32,000 nt of DNA, taken from Cylindrospermopsis raciborskii Cr2010. GTDB lineage: Bacteria; Cyanobacteriota; Cyanobacteriia; Cyanobacteriales; Nostocaceae. The notes beneath the pieces are model-generated. The model saw only the letters and a list, made by a program, of their open reading frames with translations. It was not told where the DNA came from and ran no database searches. The stretch spans positions 1,860,001 through 1,892,000 of the forward strand of contig NZ_CP065936.1 in NCBI RefSeq assembly GCF_003367075.2, read 5' to 3'. This document shows positions 8,355 through 20,850 of this stretch, in pieces (within the stretch, counting starts at the first letter, position 1; each line of letters starts with the position of its first letter). The position numbers and the translations under genes were made by a program.

Positions 8355-10958
8355 ATGTTGATTGTTGATCAACTCACTCAAAAGTTTCGTCAAATCTGGC
8401 GACCCAGAAAGGGTTTGGCGATCGCGGAGGCTTCTATTATTGGTATTGTAGCTGCTTTATCAGCTGTTTTACTCAAACAGAGTTCGGGATGGTTAGGAAC
8501 ATGGCGTATTCATAGTACCCATATTTTACCAGCTTGGTTAGTATTACCGTTGATTGGCATGGGGTTCGGGTTTTTTGCAGGTTGGTTAATCCAACGATTT
8601 GCTCCGGAAGCTGCTGGTAGTGGTATCCCCCAAGTGAAAGCCAGTTTAGGTAATGTTCCTATCAGGTTATCTTGGCAAGTGGCGGGGATTAAGTTAATTA
8701 GTACTATTTTTACCTTGGGATCGGGTTTAATCTTGGGGAGACAGGGACCGACTATACAGGTTGGTGCGGGTTTGGCTGCGGGGATGAGCCGTTTAGTACC
8801 CACATCTCCTGAACATCGTCGCCAAATGATTGCTGCAGGTGCGGGTGCGGGGTTATCTGCTGCTTTTAATGCTCCCATTACTGGAGTATTATTTATTATT
8901 GAGGAACTACTGAAGGACCTGTCGGAATTAACTCTGGGAACTGCTATTATTGCCTGTTTTATTGGGGGGGTAATTTCTAGATTGTTGGGTGGTGGAACTT
9001 TACAACTTAATCGAGAACTGGTTAACTATTCTGCTCAGTTTTACCTCCCAGAAATTCCCATTTTTCTGCTTTTAGGGGTAATTATTGGCCTATTCAGTGC
9101 TGTATTCCGTCATGGGCTAAGACTTAGTCTCAAAATTTATCAAAGATTCCATATCACTTTACCTTTACGGGTAGCTCTAGCAGGTCTACTTTCTGGGTTG
9201 ATTGTGGCTTTGCTACCAGAATACTATCGAGATAATGCTGGTTTGAGAGAATACATGATTGCTAGTGAGCCTAATTTGCTATTAGCTACTATTACTTTCA
9301 TTAGTCAGTTTATTCTCACCCTAATTGCTTTTGGTTCGGGTGCACCTGGGGGATTATTTGGCCCTAGCTTGATTTTAGGTTCTTGTTTGGGTCATATTAT
9401 TGGTGTTTTTGAGGTGCAATTCTTGGGTTTTGGTTCCCTTAATACTTACGCTTTAGCAGGAATGGGTGGTTTCTTTAGTGCAGTTTCTAAGGTTCCTATT
9501 ACTGCTATTGTCATTGTTTTTGAACTAACTACGGATTTTAATCTGGTATTGCCTTTAATGATTGTTGCTGTAACAGCCTATTTGGTTGCAGACTACTTTG
9601 TACCAGGTTCACTCTATGATGAATTACTGAAATTGAATGGGATTACCATTGAAAAAAATAGTCCTATTGAAGGTGTTTTAACTAAATTAAAAGCTGAAGA
9701 TGTAATGCAAAAACGAGTAGAAACCTTAGATGTCCAGATGTCTATAAAAGAGGCTATTCAAGCTTTTTCTCGTTCTCATCATCGAGGGTTTCCAGTGGTA
9801 GATCAGAGTCAGTTAGTGGGAATTATTACCCAGTCAGATATTAAAAACATTTACCCGTTTCAGCATACTACTTTACGGGAAATTATGACACCGGGACCTA
9901 TTACCGTGCAACCAGACCAAGGCTTAACGGAAGTTTTATACCTACTAAACCGTCACCAAATTAGTCGCTTACCGGTGGTAGAAAAACAAAAAATTCTTGG
10001 TATTATTACTCGTGGCGATATTATTAGAGCAGAAGCAGATAGCATTAACTGTAAAAATATCGCCTCTGGACCTCAACCAGAACCATCATATCTGGTATAT
10101 CAAACGCGATCGCCTAGTACTGGAAGAGGTAGACTATTAGTTACCCTATCTAATCCAGATACAGCGGAAACTCTATTACAAATGGCTGCTACAATTGCTC
10201 AAGAACGCCATTATGAATTAGAATGCTTACAGATTATTTTAGTATCTCGTCATAGTTCTCCTTCTGAAACTAAGGTCAGAACAACAAAAAGCAGAAGAAT
10301 ACTTAGACAAGCCGAATCCCTAGCCAAAAAATGGCAAATTCCCATCCACACCCAAATACGGGTTGCTCATGATGTGGCCCAGGCCATTTTAGAAACCATT
10401 AAGGAACGACATATAGATTTAATTTTTATGGGTTGGAAGGGAAACACCTCCACACCAGGAAGAATTTTTGGTACGGTGGTAGACACGATTATTCGTCAAG
10501 CCACCTGTGATGTTGTTTTGGTCAAATTAAGTAGCTTGCATAATAAATCATACCTTGCTAATTTTCATCGATGGTTAGTACCCATGGCTGGAGGACCAAA
10601 TGCACCCGTAGCTATTAAGTTATTACCAGCTTTAGTAAGCTTAGTAGAAAATCCAGAAATTCGCCTTACCCAGGTGGTCAAACCCTGGGAAAAGGAACCG
10701 GATATGCACGTTTTAGAGGAGTCTACTCGCCAACTAATTCGTAACCGAAACATCCATGGTCAAGTAATTGCTGCGTCTTTACAAGGTGAGTCGGTTAGTC
10801 AAGCAGTAATTGAACTGGTTAACACAGAAGGTTTCGACGTGGTGATTTTAGGTGCTTCCCGGGAGGGACTATTACAACAGGCAATCCACGGTAATATTCC
10901 TGAAACTATTGCCTCCGGTGTTAATAGTACAGTTATACTAGTTAGGGGAGAAATTTAG
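8355..10958 (+). CDS. ClC-type chloride channel/transporter with CBS pair and C-terminal universal stress protein-like domains
   Basis: 867 aa; ClC motifs GSGIPQ, GxxxGREGP-like LGRQGPTIQVGAG and GSGAPGGLFGPSLILG; tandem CBS segments; UspA-like HIDLIFMGWKGNTSTPGRIFGTVVDTIIRQATCDVVLVK. Confidence 0.9.
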   Translation: MLIVDQLTQKFRQIWRPRKGLAIAEASIIGIVAALSAVLLKQSSGWLGTWRIHSTHILPAWLVLPLIGMGFGFFAGWLIQRFAPEAAGSGIPQVKASLGNVPIRLSWQVAGIKLISTIFTLGSGLILGRQGPTIQVGAGLAAGMSRLVPTSPEHRRQMIAAGAGAGLSAAFNAPITGVLFIIEELLKDLSELTLGTAIIACFIGGVISRLLGGGTLQLNRELVNYSAQFYLPEIPIFLLLGVIIGLFSAVFRHGLRLSLKIYQRFHITLPLRVALAGLLSGLIVALLPEYYRDNAGLREYMIASEPNLLLATITFISQFILTLIAFGSGAPGGLFGPSLILGSCLGHIIGVFEVQFLGFGSLNTYALAGMGGFFSAVSKVPITAIVIVFELTTDFNLVLPLMIVAVTAYLVADYFVPGSLYDELLKLNGITIEKNSPIEGVLTKLKAEDVMQKRVETLDVQMSIKEAIQAFSRSHHRGFPVVDQSQLVGIITQSDIKNIYPFQHTTLREIMTPGPITVQPDQGLTEVLYLLNRHQISRLPVVEKQKILGIITRGDIIRAEADSINCKNIASGPQPEPSYLVYQTRSPSTGRGRLLVTLSNPDTAETLLQMAATIAQERHYELECLQIILVSRHSSPSETKVRTTKSRRILRQAESLAKKWQIPIHTQIRVAHDVAQAILETIKERHIDLIFMGWKGNTSTPGRIFGTVVDTIIRQATCDVVLVKLSSLHNKSYLANFHRWLVPMAGGPNAPVAIKLLPALVSLVENPEIRLTQVVKPWEKEPDMHVLEESTRQLIRNRNIHGQVIAASLQGESVSQAVIELVNTEGFDVVILGASREGLLQQAIHGNIPETIASGVNSTVILVRGEI

Positions 10959-10969
10959 AGGTCACAGAA

Positions 10970-11200
10970 TCAACGGTCATTGGTGTTAATTTTAGCCAAC
11001 AGTTGGTTAGAAAGGAAAATTATCACTGCTAATAACACTAACTGAAGTTGCCAGGATGCTAAAAACAGGCTCACCACCAGGGTAACAGCTGTTAATATAC
11101 CAGCAATATAAGCAATCTCCAGATTTTTTTTACTGAAAAAATAACCAGTTATACAAGCGGTAAGTACTGGAACTAGAAAAAACAAGGGCATTTTAATCAC
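10970..11200 (-). CDS. Small hypothetical membrane protein
   Basis: 76 aa, largely hydrophobic with two to three predicted TM segments. Convergent with the ClC gene. Confidence 0.6.
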   Translation of the reverse strand: MIKMPLFFLVPVLTACITGYFFSKKNLEIAYIAGILTAVTLVVSLFLASWQLQLVLLAVIIFLSNQLLAKINTNDR

Positions 11201-11344
11201 ATCCTGAACTAAAACGCGAGGTTGAAATTGAAAAAATCAACCCGCACTGGAAATAAGAAGAAATTATATAATTGATTAACTTTCCTTTACAATAGCTGGG
11301 AACCTAAATATCTTAATTAGTTGACATTTGAATGATTTGTCAAT

Positions 11345-11648
11345 AATTACCCGTTATTGTTTAAATTAATCCACATCTGGTCCGTGGGGGAGACTCAAAG
11401 CCCAAGTCGGTCAAACCCGACTGGTTAAGGTAGCTCCACAAGCTAGTCACGCCAACTGGTAATTCAGGGGAGGTTATGAGTATTCTGGTAAGACACATTG
11501 TGATTAATTAGTTTCTTTGCTAACTCGTGGGTCTTCCCATGAGTTATGGAGGTTTTTTGTGGGTGGAAAACACAACTGAGACCGGGAATCAATTCCCGGT
11601 CTCCCCCATGGACCAAGTGTGGATTAATTCAAGCAATAACGGGTAGTT
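11345..11648. repeat. Highly structured intergenic element bounded by 50-bp imperfect inverted repeats (MITE-like element or structured ncRNA)
   Basis: 11345-11394 and the reverse complement of 11599-11648 match at 44/50 positions. Internal hairpins: 11405-11422, 11431-11445, 11521-11546 and 11578-11603. Confidence 0.8.
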
Positions 11649-11706
11649 GGCGAGATCCCGTGGGTTTGTTGAGTTTAATAACTCAACCTACAAATAATTG
11701 TATCTC

Positions 11707-13110
<1,404 letters not shown>

Positions 13111-13140
13111 TTAATTTTTCTCTCCTTTATTTATATTTAT

Positions 13141-13674
13141 TTAATTTTCGGGGAAGAGACGGGCCATTTCCGAACCATCAAAAACCCTGGGAGGTAGTTC
13201 CTCGCCATTTCCAGAAGAATCTCCGCCCCAAACGTCAGAAACCAACTCACCCGTCTCATGGGATTGGTTGAAATCATCGAATTCATCATCATCCGGTAAA
13301 TTCAACCCTAGAGACCTATTCACCAGTGAAGGATTTTCTCCCACCACACTAGGTGCATCGGAATATACTTTCCCATCATCCAGATTACGTGCTTGACCTG
13401 CAATAGCAAGGTCGGGGTCAAAATTTAATCCCAGAACCTCAATTAAAATATCGGGGTCAGGATTCAACTTAGCAAAAGGAAACATCAACTGAGCAAGTTT
13501 AGGTTCCAAAGCGTTGACCACACCCAGGATCAGGTAAGAAGAAGGACGTTTACCTCCATCAGGGGTAGACATTGATTGTGCAGCCATCTGCACCACAATC
13601 CACTCACGATTAACCTCAAAAAAATGTAACCACTTTTGTTTAATTGCATCAGTAAAACTATCGAAGAAAGCCAT
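13141..13674 (-). CDS. DUF5331-like hypothetical protein between chlL and chlN
   Basis: 177 aa; MAFFDSFTDAIKQKWLHFFEVNREWIVVQMAAQSMSTPDGGKRPSSYLILGVVNALEPKLAQLM. Conserved cyanobacterial type and position. Confidence 0.65.
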   Translation of the reverse strand: MAFFDSFTDAIKQKWLHFFEVNREWIVVQMAAQSMSTPDGGKRPSSYLILGVVNALEPKLAQLMFPFAKLNPDPDILIEVLGLNFDPDLAIAGQARNLDDGKVYSDAPSVVGENPSLVNRSLGLNLPDDDEFDDFNQSHETGELVSDVWGGDSSGNGEELPPRVFDGSEMARLFPEN

Positions 13675-13884
13675 ATTTCCCCTATCCGGTAAAAACTAAA
13701 TTGTTGGGTGAAAAAACCAAGCAGAAAAATCAGGTTTTCAAGAACTGCTGTGTTTTATGTGTAATATAACAGCAACTGACCATGATACGGGAGACTAAAG
13801 GACAATTGTAGATAAGATGAAACTGTTTTTCGATAGCTATTTTGCTGCAACTGGGTTCCTAATCTTCACCCCTAATTAAACACC

Positions 13885-14751
13885 TCAGACCATCATCAGT
13901 TTCAATTCTTGTTCCTGGTTATTAGTCTGTGGTTTAGTGGGATTTAAATAGAAATCTGACAACAGGGAAAACAGTTCCCGGTCAGGAGCATCACTGGGAA
14001 CAACCCCCTCTGGTTGAGCTAAAATTTGGTCAGCAATACTCAAATAATAGTCACAAACATAATTGAGTGAGGGGTCTGATTCTGCCATTTCAAACAGGGT
14101 TTTACCCTTAACACGAGAAACACGAATATCTTCAATCAATGGCAATACCTCTAATACAGGCATTGGCACTGCTTCTACATACTTCTCAATTAAATCCCGT
14201 TTCGCGGTGCGATTACCAATTAAACCTGCTAAACGTAAGGGGTGAGTTCTGGCTTTTTCACGGACAGAAGCAGCAATGCGATTAGCAGCAAAGAGTGCAT
14301 CAAAACCGTTATCAGTGACAATTAAACAGTAATCAGCATAGTTTAGAGGTGCAGCAAAACCACCACAAACCACATCACCTAAAACATCAAACAGAATCAC
14401 ATCATACTCATCAAAAGCATTGAGTTCCTTTAAGAGTTTGACAGTTTCACCTACCACATAACCACCACATCCTGCACCTGCGGGTGGTCCACCAGCTTCT
14501 ACACAGTCAACACCACCATATCCAGGGTAAATGACATCCTCTGGCCACACATCTTCATAGTGATAGTCTTTTTCTTGCAGGGTGTCAATGATGGTGGGAA
14601 TCAAAAACCCGGTTAGGGTAAAAGTGCTGTCATGTTTTGGGTCACAGCCAATTTGTAGTACCTTTTTACCCCGTTTGGCAAGGGCCACGGATATGTTACA
14701 GCTGGTTGTAGATTTACCAATACCACCCTTTCCATAAACTGCTAATTTCAT
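13885..14751 (-). CDS. chlL: Light-independent protochlorophyllide reductase iron-sulfur ATP-binding subunit L
   Basis: 288 aa; [58 protein letters not shown] is diagnostic. Confidence 0.98.
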   Translation of the reverse strand: MKLAVYGKGGIGKSTTSCNISVALAKRGKKVLQIGCDPKHDSTFTLTGFLIPTIIDTLQEKDYHYEDVWPEDVIYPGYGGVDCVEAGGPPAGAGCGGYVVGETVKLLKELNAFDEYDVILFDVLGDVVCGGFAAPLNYADYCLIVTDNGFDALFAANRIAASVREKARTHPLRLAGLIGNRTAKRDLIEKYVEAVPMPVLEVLPLIEDIRVSRVKGKTLFEMAESDPSLNYVCDYYLSIADQILAQPEGVVPSDAPDRELFSLLSDFYLNPTKPQTNNQEQELKLMMV

Positions 14752-15198
14752 AATTTCTCATCTCTCAATAGTTTTTCTTTTCGGTTCCACAGAGATCCTG
14801 GGTTTTTACCAGGTAATTTCTCAAGGTCTGTGATTGTCATTATTATCCAAGTTCCCCATAAAGCAAAGGGCAATCAACTACGAAATTCTGCTCTAAATGT
14901 AGAATTTACAAGCAAAACTGATTTTTTATGGGTTAAATGTCCCTTAAATCTTAAAAAATCTCTATATTTAGCTCTAAATCAATTTTTTATTACTTTTACA
15001 CTAAAAATAGTTACAAAAAACAAATTAGCCATTATGGGGGGTAATCCAGGTAGGTGCTAGGATAGGAAGACGGAAATATGGGGATTGGGGAGATTTAATA
15101 CTAGGTTGAGCTTTTATGTAAATTATTATTAAAATAGAATAGCGTTCCCCTATAATCCCCGAAAAAGGATTATGGATAAAGGCGATCGCTAAGTGATA

Positions 15199-15441
15199 CT
15201 ACGTCTTATTGTTGATTTCTACTAAAGATTGCCAACCCGGATGCCATTGGGAATTGTCCTGTAATAGTTTAGCATTTATCCAAAAACGCACTTTTGGATC
15301 ACATGCTGCTACCATTTCCGCATATACCCAATTACCTTGATTTTTACGATTAACAACTTGAAAGTGTCTCCAACCATCCACTTTTTGTTGAGCTGTCCAC
15401 TTAGAACCAAGTAAATAAGGAAACTTTTGTTTTTTAGCCAT
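15199..15441 (-). CDS. Tryptophan-rich TIGR02450-like protein
   Basis: From the likely start MAKKQKFPYLLGSKWTAQQKVDGWRHFQVVNRKNQGNWVYAEMVAACDPKVRFWINAKLL. The ORF track start at 15477 adds 12 unlikely residues. Confidence 0.75.
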   Translation of the reverse strand: MAKKQKFPYLLGSKWTAQQKVDGWRHFQVVNRKNQGNWVYAEMVAACDPKVRFWINAKLLQDNSQWHPGWQSLVEINNKT

Positions 15442-15600
15442 CGGAAATAATATAAGTATACGGAGAGATATACACAATTAATTATCATCTAATTATCATC
15501 TTCCGCGCAAACACTGCTCCGCTCCCAGTTGTTCTACGCGTTCTTTTCTCCTATAATCGGTCTGTTGTTAGTTATCTTTACCCATTCCATTTTGACCAAC

Positions 15601-16134
15601 ATGAAACATACTCTTTCAGTTCTTGTAGAAGATGAAGCGGGAGTCTTGTCTCGCATTGCCAGTTTATTTGCGCGTCGTGGCTTTAACATTGAAAGCTTAG
15701 CTGTTGGTCCTGCTGAACAGGAGGGAATATCCCGCATTACTATGGTTGTACCTGGAGATGACCGCGTACTTGAACAAATAACTAAGCAATTATATAAATT
15801 GATTAATGTATTAAAGGTACAAGACGTTACAGAAACTCCCTGTGTAGAGCGGGAATTGATGCTCTTAAAGGTAAATGCCAATAGCACCAACAGATCCCAA
15901 GTGGTGGAACTGGCTCAGATTTTCCGTGCTAGGGTAGTTGATGTAGCGGAAGATTCTCTGACCATAGAAGTGGTAGGAGACCCTGGGAAAATGGTAGCAA
16001 TTGTTCAGGTTTTACAAAAATTCGGTTTGAAGGAAATTGCCCGCACAGGCAAAATTTCTCTCACTCGCGAATCCGGTGTCAATACTGAACTTTTGAAATC
16101 AATTCCCAGAGAAGTACTAGCACAAAAATACTAG
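15601..16134 (+). CDS. ilvH: Acetolactate synthase small subunit
   Basis: [54 protein letters not shown] is the classic ACT-domain start. The ATG at 15601 is preferred over 15529. Confidence 0.95.
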   Translation: MKHTLSVLVEDEAGVLSRIASLFARRGFNIESLAVGPAEQEGISRITMVVPGDDRVLEQITKQLYKLINVLKVQDVTETPCVERELMLLKVNANSTNRSQVVELAQIFRARVVDVAEDSLTIEVVGDPGKMVAIVQVLQKFGLKEIARTGKISLTRESGVNTELLKSIPREVLAQKY

Positions 16135-16136
16135 AT

Positions 16137-17621
16137 TTAATCGCTTTCAACCCAACTCACCAAGGTTCTTACACCAAAACCAGTTGCTCCAGCACTATTG
16201 TAGCCACTTTCTTTATCAGCCCAAACAGGTCCAGCTATATCCAAATGTGCCCATGGTGTAGTTTTAACAAACTGCTTTAGAAATAGAGCAGCTGTAATAG
16301 AACCACCATAGCGGGGTCCAGTGTTTTTCATATCAGCAATACCTGATTTTAACCCTTCAAAATATTTTTCTTCCATTGGCATCCGCCAAATCTTTTCTCC
16401 AGAAGACTCAGCAGCGGTTTGCAATTGAGATGCTATATTATCATTAGGGGTAAATAAGCCAGCAATATTATCGCCTAAAGCTACTACGCAAGCGCCTGTG
16501 AGGGTTGCTAGATCCACCATGGCATCCAGACCTAACTGATCGGTGTACACCAGAGCATCAGCTAGGGTTAAACGCCCTTCCGCATCAGTGTTATTTACTT
16601 CGATAGTTTTGCCATTAGATGCTTTAAGGATATCTCCTGGGTGCATAGCTTTACCGCTAATCATATTTTCAGTAACTGCGGATATGAAGTGAACTTCTAC
16701 ATCTGGTTTAATCTGACCTATAGCCTTAGCAGCACCAAGAGTAGCAGCAGCTCCACCCATGTCAATTTTCATAGTTTCAATTCCGCTACCAGCTCCTTTA
16801 ATATTCAAACCACCAGAATCAAAGGTGAGACCTTTACCAATAATAGCTAGTTTACGTTTAGGGGTGGTTGCGGGTTTATAGATGAGGTGAATAAACTTGG
16901 GTGGAAGGTCGGAAGCTTGTGCTACGCCTAAATATGCTCCCATACCAAGTTTTTCACAGTCTTCTTGTTCCAGAATTTTTAGTTCCAAACCATGTTCCTG
17001 GGCGATCGCTTGAGCAGTTTGTGCCATAGTAATAGGTGTGACCGCATTAGCTGGAGCTGCTACCAACTCTCGAGCTAAAATAACTCCGGAAACAATTTGT
17101 TCTGCGCGGGTGATAGCGGGTTGTTGTCCCGATAAATTTAATAGGTCAATGGTCTCAATAGGGGGATTTTTATCTTCTGGTTCTGATTTGAACCGAATAT
17201 CTTGATAAAGTGCTAATTGGGCCCCTTCTGTAATCGCTTGGGCGGTAGCTGCTGGTTGATTATTGTATATTGGAAAACTAATAGCCAGGGTTTTGGTTTT
17301 TTGCTTTTTAGCAGTCCTAGCAAGGGTTGCAGCTGCTATACGCAAAGTTTCTAATTTCAGTGTATCTACTTTTCCTAAACCGATAAAAATTACCTTACGA
17401 ATGGGGGAGTTGGCTCCCACACGAATGACCACTGTAGTATTAGCTTTACCGGTGAACTCTTCTTCAGCGATGACTTCTGAGAAAACTCCCCCGTATTTCT
17501 GGTTGAGAGTTGCTAAGTCGTCTTTTAGCTCTACTGCATCTTCAAACAGTCCAATACCCAGGGTATCACCAGTCCAATTTAATAATTCTGTGTCACTAGT
17601 CCGAGTTATCATTTCTGTCAT
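16137..17621 (-). CDS. pepA: Leucyl aminopeptidase (M17)
   Basis: 494 aa; [35 protein letters not shown] and [17 protein letters not shown] signatures. Confidence 0.95.
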   Translation of the reverse strand: MTEMITRTSDTELLNWTGDTLGIGLFEDAVELKDDLATLNQKYGGVFSEVIAEEEFTGKANTTVVIRVGANSPIRKVIFIGLGKVDTLKLETLRIAAATLARTAKKQKTKTLAISFPIYNNQPAATAQAITEGAQLALYQDIRFKSEPEDKNPPIETIDLLNLSGQQPAITRAEQIVSGVILARELVAAPANAVTPITMAQTAQAIAQEHGLELKILEQEDCEKLGMGAYLGVAQASDLPPKFIHLIYKPATTPKRKLAIIGKGLTFDSGGLNIKGAGSGIETMKIDMGGAAATLGAAKAIGQIKPDVEVHFISAVTENMISGKAMHPGDILKASNGKTIEVNNTDAEGRLTLADALVYTDQLGLDAMVDLATLTGACVVALGDNIAGLFTPNDNIASQLQTAAESSGEKIWRMPMEEKYFEGLKSGIADMKNTGPRYGGSITAALFLKQFVKTTPWAHLDIAGPVWADKESGYNSAGATGFGVRTLVSWVESD

Positions 17622-17653
17622 TTTTTCTTGTTTTTACCTGCTTCCAGTATGGC

Positions 17654-18472
17654 CTAAAATTTTCTATTGAGGGAGACTTTCTCGTAAAATCCCTGGTCTT
17701 GGAGAATTTTATATAGATTTATCTCTTCCTCCACTAGACAAGCGTGACCACTATCAGGTAAAATCACGATCTTACTATTTGGCAACATCCTTCCTAATCT
17801 TTCTACCTCTGTAAGGGATGGTAACAGGCGATCGCTTCCCCCAGCGATTAACAGTGTCTCTTGTTTGAGTTGTTGCATTTTCTCATGATCCAGGTGAAAG
17901 TGACGCAATAAGGACAATCGCCAATTAATAGTTTCTGCAGGGAGGGAGGTCATACTTTGGAGTAGTTGACGACGGAGGGGAGTGGATATGCGAGGTAAAG
18001 ATGCTAAAAAGGGTAGCAACCCCCAAGCACCTACCGGATAAAACCATGATGGTACTAAATTTGTCATTTGGGATGAAAAGCTGATCCAAGGATTTAGTTT
18101 AAAAGAAGAAGCGGGATTAATTAGAATAATACGTTTAAACAAACTTGGTGACTGAATAGCTATTTTCATAGCCAAACAAGCACCGAAAGACTCACCACAC
18201 AAATAAACCAAGCGATTTCCTCTCTTGAAGGATCCTGTAGTCAATTCCATATCAATTAAGTCGAGGACATTTGTGGTTAATAGGTTCCAATCTCTCATAT
18301 CCGTTTTAGGAATTGCTAAACAACGAATGTCAAACCCCCGCCCTAAATCGCTAATTTGTGACTGTAGCATTTCACCGGTTCCATCCATTCCTGGTAAATA
18401 AATAAACAATGGATATTCTGGTTGTAGGGGTTTGGGAGTTAAAAACCGGAGTTTGAGTTCCACATCTATCAT
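17654..18472 (-). CDS. Alpha/beta hydrolase
   Basis: 272 aa; YLPGMDGTG, nucleophile elbow LCGESFGACLA, GGSDRLLPS and PDSGHACLVEE. Confidence 0.8.
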   Translation of the reverse strand: MIDVELKLRFLTPKPLQPEYPLFIYLPGMDGTGEMLQSQISDLGRGFDIRCLAIPKTDMRDWNLLTTNVLDLIDMELTTGSFKRGNRLVYLCGESFGACLAMKIAIQSPSLFKRIILINPASSFKLNPWISFSSQMTNLVPSWFYPVGAWGLLPFLASLPRISTPLRRQLLQSMTSLPAETINWRLSLLRHFHLDHEKMQQLKQETLLIAGGSDRLLPSLTEVERLGRMLPNSKIVILPDSGHACLVEEEINLYKILQDQGFYEKVSLNRKF

Positions 18473-19126
18473 CTTGGTATTTTTCGGGGAATAGAGTCAT
18501 TAAAAGCTAACTACATCAAGCTTTCTATATAAAAATCAATTCAGTCTGAAACTATAATTACAGATTTTAACGAAGTTTGAATGAATTATATATAAATAGG
18601 TGAAATCGCTGAATAAATCCTTGACGCAGTTAATCCATCTCAATGGTTGGTAGTTGAAGTATGGATATGAGATTGTATTTGACGAAGCACAATCTGTCCA
18701 TACTGAAAACTGAAATTTTCCTACCTATTTACCGATTAATTCGTGTATGTTGCGCAAAAATTTGGCATTTTTCTTAATTAATATTTTACATTTCTGTACT
18801 TAAACCTGAACGGGATCAGATGGGACTGTAGAAATTAGAGATTAGGCCTGATTTTCCGTTGGTTTGCCCAGTTTTTTGATCTGAGTACACTCTCTGACTA
18901 CAGTAATCAAAATCCAGGCAAAATCCGGGAATGTGATTGTTGACTAATTGTCTCCTAATCCCAGGGAACAATCATTAGTGTTTATAGAATGGAAAAAATT
19001 GTGAGGTTATTAACTTGTCATGATCAAAACACAGTTGGAAAAAATAGGTGTAATGTTATATAATTACCTAGCTTTACAAAACTAACTAGCTGGTAAAACT
19101 GTTTAATAATTTCTTTTTTATTATCT

Positions 19127-20716
19127 ATGAATCTAACAAATAAAACTTCAAAAACCTTTGCCCTGACCACACCGCTATACTATGTAAACGATGTTCCCCA
19201 TATTGGTAGTGCTTATACCACAATAGCTGCAGATACTATAGCCAGATTTCAGCGTTTATTGGGTAATGAAGTGATATTTATTACTGGAACAGACGAACAT
19301 GGACAAAAGATCCAAAGATCAGCACAAAGTCAAGGAAAATCACCCCAAGAGTTTTGTGATCAAATTGTCCCTAGTTTTATTGATTTATGGCAAATTTTGA
19401 ACATTCAATATGATCGATTTAGTCGTACTACTGATTTAAAGCATCAGGTAATTGTCAAAGAATTTTTTAATAGAGTTTGGGAACAGGGTGATATATACCG
19501 AGGAGAGCAGAAGGGATGGTACTGCGTATCCTGTGAAGAGTTTAAGGAAGAAAGGGAGCTGATAGAAGGTAAGCGCTGTCCTATCCATACCACCAAGGAA
19601 GTGGAATGGCGCGATGAACAAAATTACTTTTTTCGTCTATCTAAGTATCAAAAACCACTAGAGGAGTTTTATCAATCCCATCCAAACTTTATTCAACCTG
19701 CTAGTCGGCGAAATGAAGTTCTTAGCTTTGTTAGTCAAGGTTTACAAGATTTTTCAATTTCACGGGTCAATTTAGATTGGGGCTTTCCTGTACCTGTGGA
19801 TACCCAACATACTCTTTATGTTTGGTTTGATGCACTTTTAGGCTACATAACAGCACTATTAGAACCAGGAACAGAACCAACTTTAGAAAATGCCGTGTCT
19901 AAATGGTGGCCAATTAACTTACATTTAATTGGTAAAGATATATTAAGATTTCATGCCGTATATTGGCCAGCTATGCTGATGTCAGCTAATTTGCCCTTGC
20001 CAAAACAAGTATTCGGACATGGATTTTTGACTAAAGATGGTCAAAAAATGGGGAAGACTCTGGGTAATACTGTTGATCCTGTAGCGCTGGTGAAAAAATA
20101 TGGTAGTGATGCTGTTCGTTATTACTTCCTTAAGGAAATCGAATTTGGTAAGGATGGCGATTTTAATGAAATTAGGTTCATTCATGTTCTAAATGCAGAT
20201 TTAGCCAATGACCTAGGTAATTTGTTAAATCGTACTTTGAACATGGTGAAAAAATACTGCGCTGGGGAAATTCCCTCCATTGCTCCACAAGATATTCCCC
20301 CTGAGAATACCTTAAAGACAATTGGTGGGCAATTAGGGGAGAAAGTTAAACAAGCTTATTCAGTTTTAGCTTTCAATGAGGTAGCTCAAGCTGTGATGTT
20401 ATTAGTTCAAGCCAGTAACAAGTTTATAGATGAACAAGCTCCTTGGTCATTATATAAACAAGGAAAACAGAATGAGGTAGCAACAGTGTTGTACACCGTT
20501 CTGGAATCGGTGAGACTAACAGCTTATTTACTATCGCCAATTATTCCTAATATCAGTAGCGATATTTATCAGCAATTAGGATGGGGAATCAATTTTAACA
20601 ATCCAGAAGAAACCTCCACCGTTGCACCTTTTACAACCCATGCAACATGGGGCGTACTATCGAATAAACAACAGTTAGGCACACCTCAGCCAATTTTCAA
20701 ACGGATAGAACTTTAA
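19127..20716 (+). CDS. metG: Methionyl-tRNA synthetase
   Basis: 529 aa; TTPLYYVNDVPHIGSAYTTIAADTIARF...ITGTDEHGQKIQRSA...KMGKTLGN. Confidence 0.97.
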   Translation: MNLTNKTSKTFALTTPLYYVNDVPHIGSAYTTIAADTIARFQRLLGNEVIFITGTDEHGQKIQRSAQSQGKSPQEFCDQIVPSFIDLWQILNIQYDRFSRTTDLKHQVIVKEFFNRVWEQGDIYRGEQKGWYCVSCEEFKEERELIEGKRCPIHTTKEVEWRDEQNYFFRLSKYQKPLEEFYQSHPNFIQPASRRNEVLSFVSQGLQDFSISRVNLDWGFPVPVDTQHTLYVWFDALLGYITALLEPGTEPTLENAVSKWWPINLHLIGKDILRFHAVYWPAMLMSANLPLPKQVFGHGFLTKDGQKMGKTLGNTVDPVALVKKYGSDAVRYYFLKEIEFGKDGDFNEIRFIHVLNADLANDLGNLLNRTLNMVKKYCAGEIPSIAPQDIPPENTLKTIGGQLGEKVKQAYSVLAFNEVAQAVMLLVQASNKFIDEQAPWSLYKQGKQNEVATVLYTVLESVRLTAYLLSPIIPNISSDIYQQLGWGINFNNPEETSTVAPFTTHATWGVLSNKQQLGTPQPIFKRIEL

Positions 20717-20850
20717 AACCGGAACCCTCTCAACATTTGTCTTTTCATGGCAAAGGTTACTTCTAGAGGTGTTTGCTACCGTGGGGAGGTGCAATAAAAC
20801 TGACATTTTTTTTGAGTCAATTAACCCAATCTAATAAGGGCGTAAATTTA

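Noticed and set aside
8510-8878. Minus-strand 122-aa ORF
   Set aside because: Antisense shadow of the ClC gene, proline/alanine-rich translation with no family features.
14830-15060. Plus-strand 76-aa ORF upstream of chlL
   Set aside because: No recognisable domain or clear ribosome binding site; probably chance.
15534-15890. Minus-strand 118-aa ORF
   Set aside because: Antisense to ilvH, which is unambiguous.
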